From the human T2T-CHM13v2.0 reference genome, Homo sapiens, in assembly GCF_009914755.1 (NCBI RefSeq), contig NC_060925.1: a DNA stretch of 64,000 nucleotides. One strand, 5' to 3'. Below the pieces are notes generated by a model. That model was not told the DNA's origin and ran no database searches. It saw only the letters and a list, made by a program, of their open reading frames with translations. Within the stretch, counting starts at the first letter, position 1, and every line of letters begins with the position of its first letter. Shown piece after piece: positions 23,716-54,240 of the stretch. The position numbers and the translations under genes were made by a program.

Positions 23716-25835
23716 TTTTTGGTTTTTGTTTTTGGCACAGGGTCTCACTCTGTCACCCAGGCTAGAGTTTTGTGGTGTGATCTCGGCTCACCGCAGCTTC
23801 AACCTCCTGGGCTTCTACCTCAGCCTCCCAAGTAGCTGGGACTACAGGTGTGCACCACCACGCCCAACTAATTTTTCAAAATTTTTTTGTAGAGATGGGG
23901 TTTCTCCACGTTGCCCAGGCTGGTCTCAAACTCCTGAGCTCAAGTGGTCTTCTCACCTCAGCCTCCCAAAGTGCTGGGATTACAGGCATGAGCCACTGCA
24001 CTTGGCCTGAGGCTAGAGTTTTTATTATTATATTATTCATTCAGTAAGCAGTATGTTCTTATTATGGTCCATGTACTGTTCTGGGTAAACTGGATATAAG
24101 ATGAACATAGGCCTTCATACTCTTAGCCTATAATATGAGAACAAAACACAACAATTATTATAATATACTGAGTTCTAAAAGAGCAATCTGTGTGAAATGC
24201 TGTGTTGGAGCATAGGATTCCTTCCAGAGAGAAAATTTATGTTTTCATTAATTCCAAGGTGTATTGTAGAGGGCTACAAACTGCTTTGTCTTGGGTAGTT
24301 TAGAGACACTTGTGACCTAGGCTTGGTCAGGTTGCCAAGACTTGAGTCAAATGCTTAATGTGAAAAGCTTCAAGTATGAAAATAGTCTAGTTATCAACCT
24401 GTTTTAAAAAGTAGTGTAGAATTATTATACATGTAGTATGATAAAATATGTACGCATACATATATTTTTAATATATATTTTAATTAATGAACAAATCACC
24501 AGTATCTGGAGTTAGAAGGAGTTGGGTGTGCTTGATTCTTCATCTCCAAAATGAAGATAAAAGACTTATTTCTTGGCCGGACACAGTGGCTCACACCTGT
24601 AATCCCAGCACTTTGGGAGGCCGAGGTGGGCGGATCATGAGGTCAGGAGATCGAGACCATCCTGGCTAACATGGTGAAACCCCGTCTCTATTAAAAATAC
24701 AAAAAATTAGCCAGGTGTGGTGGCGCGCCCCTGTAGTCCCAGCTACTTGGGAGGCTGAGGCAGGAGAACCGCTTGAACTCGGGAGGCAGAGGTTGCAGTG
24801 AGCCTGGGCCACAGAGCAAGACTCAGTCTCAAAAAAAAAAAAAAAAGACTTATTTCTCTTTGCTCTGATGCTTTATTTAGGTCAGTACCTTGTATAGGAG
24901 TCGGGTAGTTGCCTCTTTGCAATAGCCCTTATTTCACAATGGTTCATTTCATGGAAGCCTTGCATATTTTTATTAATTTAAAATTTTACTTATTTCTGCT
25001 GGGTATGGTGGTTCACATCTGGAATTCCAGCACTTTGAGAGACTGAGGAGGGAGGATTTCTTGAGGCTGGGGGAATTATTTGAGGCCAGGAGTTTGAGAC
25101 CAGCCTGGGTAATGTCACGAGGCCTTGTCTCTACAAAAAAATTAAAAAATATTATCCAGGCATAGTGGTGCACACGTGTACGGCGAGTGGTATAGCTACT
25201 CAGGAGGCTGAGGTAGGAGGATCACTTAGGCCCAGGATTTCAAGGTTGCAGTGAGCTATGATTGTGCCACTGTACTCTAACCTGGGCAACAGCATGAAAC
25301 CTTGTCTTAAGAAAGAAAGAGAGAGAGAGAAAGAGAAGGAGAGAGGGAGTGAGGGAGGGAGGAAGAGGGAGAGAGAGAGACAGAGAAAGGGAGCGAGGAA
25401 GGGAGGGAGGAAAGAAGGAAGGGAGGGAGGAAAGGAGGAAGGAAGGAAGGAAAGAAGGAAAGAAATTCATTTCTAATTAATAAAGTAGATCTTTCATAGG
25501 ATTAGTTTCCTGTGCTGTGAGACCTTTAAAAATTCATGACTGGGTGAGGTGGCTCATGCCTATAATCTCAGCACTTTTGGAGGCTGAAGTGGAAGGATTG
25601 CTTGAGCCCAGGAGTTCAAGACCAGCCTAGGCAACATAGGGAGACCCTGTCTCCACAGAAAAATAAAAAAAATTAGCTGAATGTGGTGGTACATGTCTAT
25701 GGTGCCAGCTACTCGAGAGGCTGAGGTGGGAGGATCGTTTGAGCCCAGGAAGTCAATCAAGGCTGCAGTGAGCTGTGGTCACGCCACTGTACTCCATCCA
25801 GCCTGTGTGACAGAGTGAGACCCTGTCTCAAAAAT
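23716..25835. mobile_element. Alus: 23716-24008 (-, TSD gaggctagagtt), 24575-24846 (+, TSD aaaagacttatttct), 24997-25310 (+), 25538-25835 (+)
   Basis: Alu consensus motifs and TSDs. Confidence 0.9.
25310..25463 (+). repeat. Polypurine (GA/GGAA/GGGA) tract derived from an Alu tail
   Basis: ~150 nt almost purely A/G. Confidence 0.9.
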
Positions 25836-27659
25836 GTTTTAAAAATTAAATTCATGCTACTGTGTTTATCAATTATTACAGCTCCCTTTGTGTTCTTCCT
25901 CATATTTATAAAAGATTATAACCAGATAAATTATAAAATATGCATTCAAATTATAAAGTACACATTGTTGATCTGATTGCCCTGGAGAATACTCTCTGGC
26001 ACAAAAGCGGAAGTTGGATCTGATATTAGGAGGACAGGTTGAAGTGAGTTTAATAGACGTAGGACATTGTATTAACTCTTAGTTTTCTGTCTTAAAAATG
26101 AAGAGGAGGCTGGCATTTCTGGCCATGTTTCTGGCCTCTGGCTTAGGGAGGTACTCTGCTTCCCATGGTAAGGAAGTAAGTGGTATCAGAACTAGCCTCC
26201 TCTCTATAGGAAGCTATAAAACTGGACAAAAGAAATGAAGCAATTGTGTCAGCCTGTAGACAACAGGCAGCGTAAAATTTCAGTTCCTAAGAGAAGGAAA
26301 ACTCGAGGTGAGCGCCACATTTGCTCAGTTTTCTGTCTGAGGACGGTTTCCCAACCCTGTTCTGTGAGTGGAGTTTAAACAGGCTGTGATGATTTCCCCT
26401 GAGCTGAAGAGGCAGAGGTCAGAGTTTGGGCAGCTGAAGCAGTTGGAATCTGTGGGGTGGACCATCATAGGGTAGGGAATTGTTCAGCAAGAGGGTCTCA
26501 GAAGTCTGTGGGGGCATTCCTGTGAGGCTGAAGCTAAGGACTGGCCTATTATTTATACATGGGGTGAAGCCACCTGAAGCTTACCATATAGACAGCAGCT
26601 GGTACAGGATGAATAGAAAAGAGATACTGGAGGTCAAGTCCTGTTGGGGTGAAAGCAATGCCAGGAACGCTGATGGTCCAGCCCTACCAGTAGAAAGATC
26701 TCATTAACACTTTGTTAACAACCCTGGCGTCCAGCTGAGACCCCAGACAGGCCATGCCTTATGAATAAAGATCTTACCCAAGAGTAAGATCTACCGTAGA
26801 CCCGCCCTAACAAGGCCTAAAGCCAACCCCCAGCAAGACAGATTTCAAAGTTTGGGTCTTATCAAGAGAGGTCAAAAATGCCATGGGCTTTCCTCAGATC
26901 CACACTCATGATGCATAAAATCAAGACCACACAAATTCAGGGCCGTCAGGTAGTCATTGAACCATCTGCTAAAATACAAATTGACACTCTTCATAGGAAG
27001 ATAACAGTATTCATAGTTTTTATGTGTAATATCCACAGTGGCTAATGTTCAAAAAAAGTTACTAAGACATGCAAAGAAACAGGAGAATATCCATATTCAA
27101 GAAGAAAAATCTATGGATAAGATGGCCTCAGTGTTGCACTTAGCAGACAAAGTAACTATTATGAATATATTTAAATAATTAAAGGAAAATACAGTAGTGA
27201 ACAATGAGTAGTCTCAGCAGAGAAATGGAATCTATAAAAAAGAACCAAATGCAAATTCTAGACCTGAAAAGTGTAGTAACTGAAATGGAAGTTTCACTTA
27301 ACAGCAGATTACATAAAACGGAAGAAGCCCATGAGTTTGAAGAGAACACAATGGAAATTATCCAGTCTGAACCACAGAAAGAAAGATCGAGACCATCCTG
27401 GCCAACATGGTGAAACCCTGTCTCTACTAAAAATACAAAATTTAGCTGGGCCTGGTGGCACGTGCCTGTAGTCCCAGCTGCTTGGGAGGCTGAGGCAGGA
27501 GAATTGCTTGAGGCGGAGCTTGCAGTGAGCCGAGATCGCGCCACTGCACTGCAGCCTGGTGACAGAGCGAGACTCCGTCTCAAAAAAAAAAAAAAGACAA
27601 TTGGGCAGGAAAAAAAATAACATTTTATTTTTTGAAAATTAATTTCCCATACTTACTCA

Positions 27660-29913
<2,254 letters not shown>

Positions 29914-30331
29914 TGGGCTATACAGGAAAGATGAAGACCACTGGAAATGGTAAATGGTAGGCAAATATGACTCTCTTTCCTTCTTCTCATAACTTTCTTA
30001 AAAGACAACTAATTGTTTAAAGCAAAAATAATAACCCAGTAAAGTGAGATTTTGGACATATGTAGAGGTAAAAGATATGTCAACACTTGCATAAGGGATG
30101 GGGGATGGGTAAATGTAATTTTACTGTACAAGGTTATATTTGTGAAAAAGGAAGTAAGTGGGAAACAAGAATGTTTTATATAAAGTGAGAAAAGGAAAGG
30201 GTAAAGTAATAAATATGAAATGTCAGATTTGAAGAGGTATTATACTGACTCTAAATAGACTCTGATAAGTTAAGGATGAGTATTGTTAGCTCTAGAACAA
30301 CTACTTAAATAACACAACAAAAAGAGACAAA

Positions 30332-30902
<571 letters not shown>

Positions 30903-30974
30903 TATCTGAGAAGCTATCAGAAGAAATAAAATGGAATACTAAAAAATATTTAGTCAGTCCCAAAGAAGGAAGGA

Positions 30975-36350
<5,376 letters not shown>

Positions 36351-36639
36351 TCTTCATATACTCCTACATGAAGATGGAAAGTATATAAGGATGATCTTTT
36401 TCACTTACATACACACAGAGACACACTCAAATGCATATGTATACAGATAGGTCAATCCCACACTTTATTTGTAGGAAGCTCAAAATCAACAGCAGTAAAC
36501 ATTAATTGGCAGTTAGAGTATTCCTGGCGTATTCTGTGTCAGGTCTTTGGGATAGAAAGATGAATATAGGCCTGTCCTACTCTCATGGTCGTTATAATCT
36601 AGCAACCTTACGAGGTTGTAATTGGTTACATTTTTTTTT

Positions 36640-37605
<966 letters not shown>

Positions 37606-39004
37606 TCAACAAGTTTTCTTGACTATAGCAAACTTTAAGGCAAAAAACCTCTTGTTCATCTAATTTCACTTTTCAGTAGAGAAAGAACTGGATGATAGAG
37701 ATGGACTGTCTCTCTACAAACAAATTTTAGAGGATTATGTATAAATCTTTAAAAGATTATTCATATTTGAACAGTAACTCATATATGCCTTGAGACCTTG
37801 TAATTGGAAAATTAAGTCAGAAATCTTATTGATGTAAATATGCATCAGTACTCATTGTAAAGGTTATAACTAAACAATTTACAGAAACTGAACTAATGGC
37901 TAAGCTAACTCAAATTTATAATTTAAAAGCAGTAACACAGTGGGACACCATGTCCAATTCAAGACAGCACTGATGGCACACTGATAACAGAGTATATTCC
38001 AGAGAACTGTAGGGACCCTGTACACGCGTGGGCATGAGTTAGAGCTGCTGTGCAGTGCAGTTGAATATTGCCTGGTGTGCAGACTGCTTAATGAAATAGT
38101 GGTATAGGGCTCAGAGTACACTCCAGTAAAGTGCTATTTTTGGTTTTACCTATAGCACATTTTTGTAACTCAGTAATTTATTTTGTGGGTTTCTAGTAAC
38201 TTAAGTAAGGCCTAATTGTAAATAAAAGTGAAAGTTTGTGGATTCCATGTCGTGTGTCACAAAGAAAGACTTGCATTTTTGGATCAGTTTATAGGCCATT
38301 GTAAGAACCCATCAGTAGGCTGTGGACCATACTTTGAGAATCACCACTTGTTCTGAGAGGGTATGTGATGGTGGGAGGAATGCAGACAGGTCTCAGTTCC
38401 CTCCCTGCTGCTCTCTACTACTTTTTCCATCCTTGCTGATGTCATGTTCTAAACTTCATGTTACTGTAATCTATTCTAGACTGCTGACCTTTGTCAGTGG
38501 CTTTCTCCCTCTTTGACCTGATGAAAGTTCCTCCTGCTTCTAATGAGCTGCTCTTTCTGAAGGGATTCCCCTAGCTGGGCCTCTGGTATCCCAGTTCTTT
38601 ATATCATAGCCTTCTCAGGATTCATAAGTGCCCTGGGTTAGGAGGGCTGCAGCTGGGTTGAAGGATGCTCAGGCACACCCTCCTGCTGTACCTGGAAGGG
38701 CTGTACTCCCTCCCGCCCAGATCCTGCTCCTGCCTTGGTCTACTCTCAGGTAACTTACTGTCTCCTCTCTCTCCAGTCCAGCCACCTTCACAGAACGTCA
38801 GTTCATTAGAGAAATCTGTACGTATATGCACCAAAATTATGGGCTAGCTTTATTTCTCACTGTAAAAAGGAGAGGGTCTTGCTCTCTCAGGTATTAAGAT
38901 ATTCTTAGAGCCATACAATTAAAAATGGTAGTGTTGTGCTAAGACAGAAAAAGTAACCAATTTAAAAAATAACTCAGAGACAAAACTCATGTATAATAGG
39001 AATT

Positions 39005-44400
<5,396 letters not shown>

Positions 44401-44419
44401 CTACTGTCTTTTGTAGAGT

Positions 44420-45290
44420 GGTTATTAAAGTTTGGTCAAGTGTATTTTGGTTGCCTGTTGCACTGTGTTGGCATCTGCACTGATGCTACAAAGCGATGGC
44501 AGGTAAAGCTGCTTGCCCCTTAGCACAAGTCAAATCAGTAGCACTAAACTGCTATTATAGTTGTCATTATATTTCTCACTGCCACACGTGGTAGGAAATA
44601 AAATGAAGCCAATTTTACTTAAAAATGTTATTGACGAAACATTTAATTTCATGAAATCTCAATTTTTGGATATGCGTCGTTTCACTCAAAAACGAATGTC
44701 TACTCAGGAGGTTGAGACAGAAGGATCACTTGAGGCCAGCCTGAGCAACATAGTGAGAACCCATCTCAAAAAAAATGTGGTGATGAAATGGGAAAAATAC
44801 GCATAAAACACTACCACTGCACACTGAAGCTTTATTGTTGCCCCAAGGAAAAGCCCTCATGGTATGGATTGTTTGTACTACAAGCTGAACTAGCTGCTCT
44901 TTTGGGGGTACCATTTTTACTTGAAAGAAATGATAGACAAAGTATGGTTATTTAGACTGGGTTTTGACAGACCTTTTCTCAAAGATGAATGAAGTAAGCC
45001 TGTCACTTCAAGGGAAACCACTGGCAGTATTTTTTTGCAGTGAGAAAACTCTGGCTTTCAAGTGAAGACTAGAATTCTGAAAAACTTACATCTGCTGCCA
45101 TAAGCCTGACATCTCAATATTTAAACACTTGTCTGATACAGTCAGTAGAGATATTAACAAATGAGATTTTTTGATATTTTATAACGAATGTGAAATCATT
45201 GGAAGATGTGTATAACTCAGTGAACCCATAATGCGCAAATGACTACTGTTAGGATGTTACAGAATCATGCATGGATAAAAGATCTATTCA
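44420..45290 (+). mobile_element. Charlie1-family hAT transposase-coding remnant (with a short Alu fragment ~44700-44775)
   Basis: gcactgatgctacaaagcgatggcaggtaaag..ttctcactgccacacg resembles the CTDGAxAM..HC..H region of hAT transposases; degenerate. Confidence 0.7.
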
Positions 45291-48100
<2,810 letters not shown>

Positions 48101-48719
48101 GATGGGGAGTTTTCTTTGGGGCTTATAATGTTTTAAACTTTTATCATTGTTGTAAATGGATGTAGCTGGTTGTTATATTCCTTACAATTACGAGATACTG
48201 GGTTCTTGGGTTTGTTTTTCTATGAGTTCTAGTATTCTGTTATTCTTTCTAACTTTCTTATTATGAGCAATAGTTGGCATGGAGGAGTGGCGGATCAAAT
48301 TTTTAGGTTATTAAATAGGCTCCATTTCAAGCCAATCAGCGTTGCCTTCTGCTGTTTTGTGCCTGGCTGCCAAGTGCCTTTATATGGTGTTTCAGCTTTT
48401 TAATGGAGCTTTGATATGTAGCAGTCACCCTGAGCCACAAGAGGGCAGAAGAACCTTTTGATTGCCACAGGACAGATTAGCGCTGGAATGACTTCTGGCA
48501 AAATCCTGCATGGAGTAGTTCTTCAACTCACTTACTAGACCGTGGGCATCCAAAGGCAGGCCAGTGTCTAAGCCATCAGAGGAGGCAATGGAGGGGTGAG
48601 AGGAGAGAGTGTGTGTTTTGGAATCCTCTATATCTGCCTTATGTTCCAGGCTCCCCTGCAAATTACTTAGTGAACTATACTCCTTACAGTGTTAACCTCT
48701 CTCAGAGCTTGAATATGCA

Positions 48720-48900
48720 AGACAGTAGAGGCATTACAACATAATGGAACATAAGAGTTGAGGCTTTGGAATCCACCCCACCTAACGTTGAGTCCTGGCT
48801 ATGTGACTTTGGGTCATTTCTTAACTGTCATTTATTCAATGAGATAGTGTGTGTAGAGCTCTTAGCACTGTGTTGTGAACACTCAGAAAGTAACTGCTAT
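48720..48900 (+). mobile_element. MIR fragment
   Basis: ggctttggaatc..ctatgtgactttggg..cttagcac. Confidence 0.6.
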
Positions 48901-49258
48901 AATTACAATAGTACAAGGTATCAGCACAGATGAATAATATTAATAGATCCTTAATAACTTTTATGTAGCTCTGTTATGTATTTAATAATTTATTTGGTTA
49001 TAAGCAAGGAGGTAATATTTTCCTTAAGACAATTTCAGAGCTCCTTTTCTCAGAGGGGCCCTCAAAATGTCTGTGGTATTTCTTACTTTCTTATAAACAG
49101 TCTTTTAATAGTATAGTACATTCTGAATTTTTGCAGAGTCTCAATTTTAAAGGTTCCATCCCACTGTGATTTTGTGTATTTTTGATTGGAAAATATAGTA
49201 TTTGGGCTATATAATGAGGTAGAGTCGCGCAACACAATATTGCATCGGGATATAGTAC

Positions 49259-49722
49259 CTGTCTCAGGCCGAGATCCAGGGGAAGCAAACTCTGAGATAA
49301 AGATTAGGGTGTGAAAAGCTTATTAGGGAGTGGTTATGGAATCAATACTCCTGGAAGGAAAAGAAAGGAAATGAGGAAGAAGGGAAAAGAAAAGGGAAAG
49401 ATGTGGAGATTGTATAGGGGGAAAAATCGGGCCGTGATTCAGTCTCAGTAAAAGGCCTCAGCCCACCCCATGGGGACTAGGGCTCAGATAATCCATGTTT
49501 TCTAAGCCATAGAGTGAGAGAGCTGTGCCTTTACAGCTCCTCCTGACCCGTCATTGGACGAGGGCTGCCCCAGGAAGGGGCATGGCCGTGGGCCAGGCAG
49601 CGCTCTTCAGCAGATGCATTCCCTGAAGAGGGCTGACAGTTGAGGCCTTTCTGTCCTTCACCATCCCAGCAGCTGGGGAATAAGCCCTTTAGTTACTGAG
49701 TGGCCTCTACAGCTTCCACCAT
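49259..49722 (-). mobile_element. LTR16A-like ERVL solo LTR
   Basis: gcaaactctgagat..aaggcctcagcc..gtcattgga..gaagagggctgacag..cccagcagctggggaataag. Confidence 0.75.
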
Positions 49723-49871
49723 AGTGCCCAAAGGGCTCTCCTGAAAGGGCTGGTAGAGTAATAGAAGACAGCTTTAGACAGAATTGCTTTGAAGCAATAC
49801 TTAAGAATACTTGTTATTTTTAACTTTAAGAATAAAAATAAAAATAATTTCATTTTTCATTTATCATTTTA

Positions 49872-50280
49872 GTGTCAGGGTGAACTCTAGTGTAACCAAC
49901 TACCCCCAAATTTCAGTGGTTTTAACACAATAAAGGTTATTTCTCTCCTGTCACAATCTGGTGCAGTTCTATATTGGTGGGGAGGAATTCTGCTCTACCT
50001 AATTCATTTAGGGCCACAGACTTCATCTAGTGACTCCCCCAGGCCCTAGGGCCTGGAGTCCTTCACTGGATTCTCTAAACCAGCTCCCAGAGGAGAAATG
50101 GACAGGAACATGGAGAACTGTGCAGGTCTCAGTGAAGAGACCTCTCTCTTCAAGCTTCTCTCTTCAAGCACAGAGAAGTTCATGTGCTTCCCTGCAGCGC
50201 ACGTTCCACAGATCAGTACTCAGTCGTGTGGTCCCACCTAACTGAGAGGAGGCCACGTAGCCCTCACAGCTACACTGTGA
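49872..50280 (-). mobile_element. Old MaLR LTR (MLT1K/L-like)
   Basis: tcagtggttttaacacaataaagg..ccctagggcctggagtccttcactggat..ctcagtcgtgtggtcccacctaactg. Confidence 0.6.
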
Positions 50281-50566
50281 TGTTGCTCATACCTGTGTGG
50301 TGGCTCCATTTCATCACTATTGGTGAATCAAAGACACTTCTAAAACTGTATGTTTTAGGTTCCCCACACTTAAAATACTTAAATTGCCACCATCATAGTA
50401 TCATAGTTTTACTTACCTGGGGACATTTTAAAAGGCTGAGGAAAGCTAAACTTTATCAGAGAGAAGGAAAAGAAGGGAGGAATACAGAGCTGAGAATTTA
50501 AGGATTCCTTGCTCTGGAAAGGCAAAAAAGGGTAAAACAATTTCATGTGCATGTGTGTGTCTGTGT

Positions 50567-50611
<45 letters not shown>

Positions 50612-50905
50612 CGCGCGCGTCCGCGCACCCGCGTGCGCTTTTTTTTTAGTGGTATAGGAGAAGATTGAGAAGCTTCTGATCCTGCCATGTAGCTGTAAAA
50701 ACAAGCTCCTCTTTCCCTCAGCCATAACAGGATTGATGTCTTTCACATGGTAACATGGAGATAGATGTGTGCTGCAGGGAAGCACATGAGCTTCTCTGTG
50801 CTTGAAGAAAGAAGCTTGAAGAGACAGGTCTCTTCACTGAGACCAGCACCATTATTCATGTTCCTATTTCTCCTCTAAGAGCTGGAATAAAAAATCCAGT
50901 GGAGG
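50060..50905. repeat. Inverted repeat: arms 50060-50204 and 50765-50905, 560-nt spacer
   Basis: Manual alignment; 74-nt cores (50125-50198 vs 50771-50844) differ at 3 positions. Confidence 0.95.
50551..50638. repeat. (TG)n(GC)8 alternating purine-pyrimidine tract
   Basis: Seen directly. Confidence 0.95.
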
Positions 50906-52269
50906 AAATTACAAGGAAATAGTCATTCAAATAGCCCTGACAGCTCCTTGCCAGGATTCACATGAATACCACCCAAGTAGCCCTTAAGTCAGAGGAAGAG
51001 AGGCCAAGGGAGAGATATCAATGACTTCTTCTGTCAGTCTATGAGGATTACTGCTGACTGACAGCTTGTTACTTACTCAGCTTTATTCCAGGCAGTGTGG
51101 GGCATTTAGGAAGAGAGGTGCCTGGGCCTGGGAATTTTAAAGACTGAAAGCTGAGACTCACAGGAAGTAACCAAGGACAAGACAATGAGATGAAGTGTTT
51201 CAGAGACAACAAAGAAGTGGCGATTTAAAAAAAAATAAGTAAATAAATAAGAAGTGATGTCAAGGAAAGCTTTGAGGAAGAGATGGGCACTGAAGCAGGG
51301 ACCTGGCGGTTGGGGTAGGACATGTGGGGACCTGGGAAAGTGCTCTAGCAGACAGAGTACTCGAAATATTTTGTAAGCTTCAGTGAGAGCTGAGAGCGGC
51401 TTGTGAGGAATGGTGGGGGGCGGGGAGTAGTGAGACCGAGGATTGCAGAGCAGGGCAGAGTCGATGACAGAAGGCCCTAAGGTGAGGTGTGGAGTTTAGA
51501 TTTAATGCAGCAGGGCCATTAAAGGCTTCTACCCTTAATGGAAAGACCTGGTGGAAAAGTAGTGTTCTGGACTTTTGTGTGAAGGAAAATTAACAACACA
51601 GAGGTCTCTTCTGGAATTTCTGTTGAGCACCTAGAATTTAAAATGGGAGGTTGTGTTCCTTTATTCCCTCAGCAAAATAAGAGGAAGTGACTCTCAAGCC
51701 TGGACTTGAAAGATGAATGAATAAGATGAGAAGTGCATTCTAGGCAGTGATAGTAGCATGAATAAAGTGGAGGGGCCTGGAAAAGGGCTGGGAGAGTCTT
51801 GTGTGGAATGCAGAGTTTGGATTCTGAGTTAGGCGGAAGCAGCTGATGAAAAGGAGAGAGAGAAATGTGGTCGGATTTGCATTTTAGAAGGCTCACTTTG
51901 GCAGCTGTGTGGAGGCTAGATTGCGAGAGAAAGAAAAGAGGTAGGGATACCAATAGCCACAGCACTTCACCACTTGAGGAGTTTCAGGGACGGACAGATG
52001 CTTGGAAAGGCCTTGTGGTGGAGGTAACATCTGAGCTGAGTAGGGAGGGCTAGGAGGAGCAGAAAGGCAGAAGGAAGATTATGGATAGAGGCGCAAGAGT
52101 GCAAGGCATGGCATGAGTGAAAACCAGGGGAAGATGGATGTGGCTGGCATATAGAGTCTCTGGGGGATGGTACTCCCTGGGCAGGTAGGTAATGAGTCAG
52201 GTCACAAAGGTCCTTCTTTATATGTCACAGTGAACAGGGAACAGTTTAGACTTCATCAGGTAAATGAAG

Positions 52270-54240
52270 GGGAAGCCACAGACCATACCTAAAGCAAGTC
52301 TCAACAAGTGTCAGAGGATTGATCACATGCAGAATCAATCCTCTGACCACAGTGAAATTAAGCTAGAAATGAATAACAAAAAGATAACTAGAATATTAAG
52401 AAATGAATTTGTAAATAATCATTGGGTCAAAGAAAAAATCATGGGAAGTAGAAAATATTTTGAATTGCATGATACTGAAAATATCAAAACTTGGGTGGGG
52501 GGGTAGGGGAAGGATAGCATTAGGAGAAATACCTAATGTAGATGATGGGTTGATGGGTGCAGCAAACCGCCATGGCACGTGTTTACCCATGTAACAAACC
52601 TGCACGTTCTGCACATGTATCCCAGAACTTAAAGTATAATTAAAAAAAAAAAAAAGAAAATATCAAAACTTGTCAAAACTTGTATGATGCTACTATAACC
52701 TATAAGCATAGAGGGAAGTTTGTAGACTTTAATGCATGTTAGAAAAATAACCGAAGGTTGAAAAAAATTAGTAATCTAAACATCAATTTCAAGAAGTTAG
52801 AAAATGTACAGCACATTAAACCCAAAGAAGGAAAACAGAAAATAATAGTTTGATGAAAAAGAAAAAAAAATACAGAGGATCAACAAAGTCAAAAATTTGT
52901 TCTTTCAAAAGATTAACATACTTTTCCAAGGAGCAAGTTTTTTTAAAAAAAGATTAATAAAATTGACAAATGCTGGGCACAGTGGCTCATGCCTATAATC
53001 CCAGCACTTTGAGAGGCCAGTATTTGAGGATCACTTGAGGCCAGGAGTTTGAGACCAGCCTGGACAACACAGCAAGAGCCTGTCTCTACAAAAAAATTTT
53101 TTTTAAAATTAGCTGGGTGTGGTGGTACATGCCTGCAGTCCTAGCTACTCCAGGTGGCTGAAGCAGGAGACTCACTTGAGCCCAGGTGTTCAAGGCTGCA
53201 GTCAGATATGATCACACTACTGTACTCCAGTCTGGGCAACAGAGCAAGACCCCATCTCTAAAAATAAAAAATAAATTTTTCAAAATTAAAATTGACAGAC
53301 TTCTGGCAAGACTGATTGTGGAGGTCAGGGAGGAGAGAAATTGAAGCACAAGTGCCAGTGAACAATGCCAGGAACAGGAAGGGAGACCACACTACAGGAG
53401 CTATAGGCTTGAAAAAGATAAAAAGAGGCTGTATGAACAATTTTATGCCAAAAGTCCTGAGAATTTTGTGAAAATAGATCCATTTCTAGAATAATATCCG
53501 ACTAAAACTGACTCAAGACATCATGGAAAACCTTAGAATCCTATAAACTTTTTAAACCAATGGAATCAATAATCCAAAATCTTTCTCCCCAGAGAACTTC
53601 AAACCCAGAGGGCTTCACTGGAGATTTCTTCAGCAGATTGAAAAGAATAATTAATTCCAGCTTTGTACAAACAGTTCCAGAGAACTGAAAAAGAGGGACA
53701 CTCCTTACTCATTTTTTTGAGACTAGCATAACCTTGATACCAAAACTGAAGAAAGACAAACTCAAGAAAGGAAGATTAAAGGCCAAGCTACCTAAAAATA
53801 TAAATGTAAAAATCCTCAACAGACATTTAGCAAATTCCACAATATATAAAAAAGATAATAGATCACCATCTAGTAGTTGGGCTTATCCTAATATACATGG
53901 TTGATGTAACGTTAGAGAAATTCATCAGTGTAATTAATCACATTCATAGGTTAAATAGATTTTTATTAGATTAAAAAGAAAAACATTTCAGTAGATACAG
54001 AACAAGCATTTAATAAAATTCAGCATGTGTTGATGCTGGAACTGCTTAGCAGACTAGGACTAGCAGAGAGCTTTCATCTGAAAAAGGGTATCTGTTCGTA
54101 AAACTCAAGCAAATATTTTAAGGGTGAAATTTTGAAAGTTTTCCCTTCAAGATCAGGAACAAGACAAGAACATTCCCAAACCACTTTTTTTCTAATATTG
54201 AGCTGAATGCCTAGCCTGGTGCACTGAGGCAAGAAAAACC
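52270..54240 (+). mobile_element. Old L1M ORF2 fragment containing a 5'-truncated L1PA 3' end (52494-52655, TSD gaaaatatcaaaacttg) and an AluJ (52971-53275)
   Basis: ctctgaccacagtgaaattaagctagaaat (ORF2 endonuclease region); gcattaggagaaatacctaatgtagatg..aacttaaagtataat. Confidence 0.85.

Noticed and set aside
25240-25476. Low-complexity E/R/G/K and S/L/P ORFs
   Set aside because: Translations of a polypurine microsatellite.
27204-27413. Coiled-coil-like 69-aa ORF
   Set aside because: Decayed L1 ORF1 running into an Alu.
44561-44806. Transposase-like ORF suggesting a domesticated gene
   Set aside because: Frameshifted and Alu-interrupted Charlie remnant.
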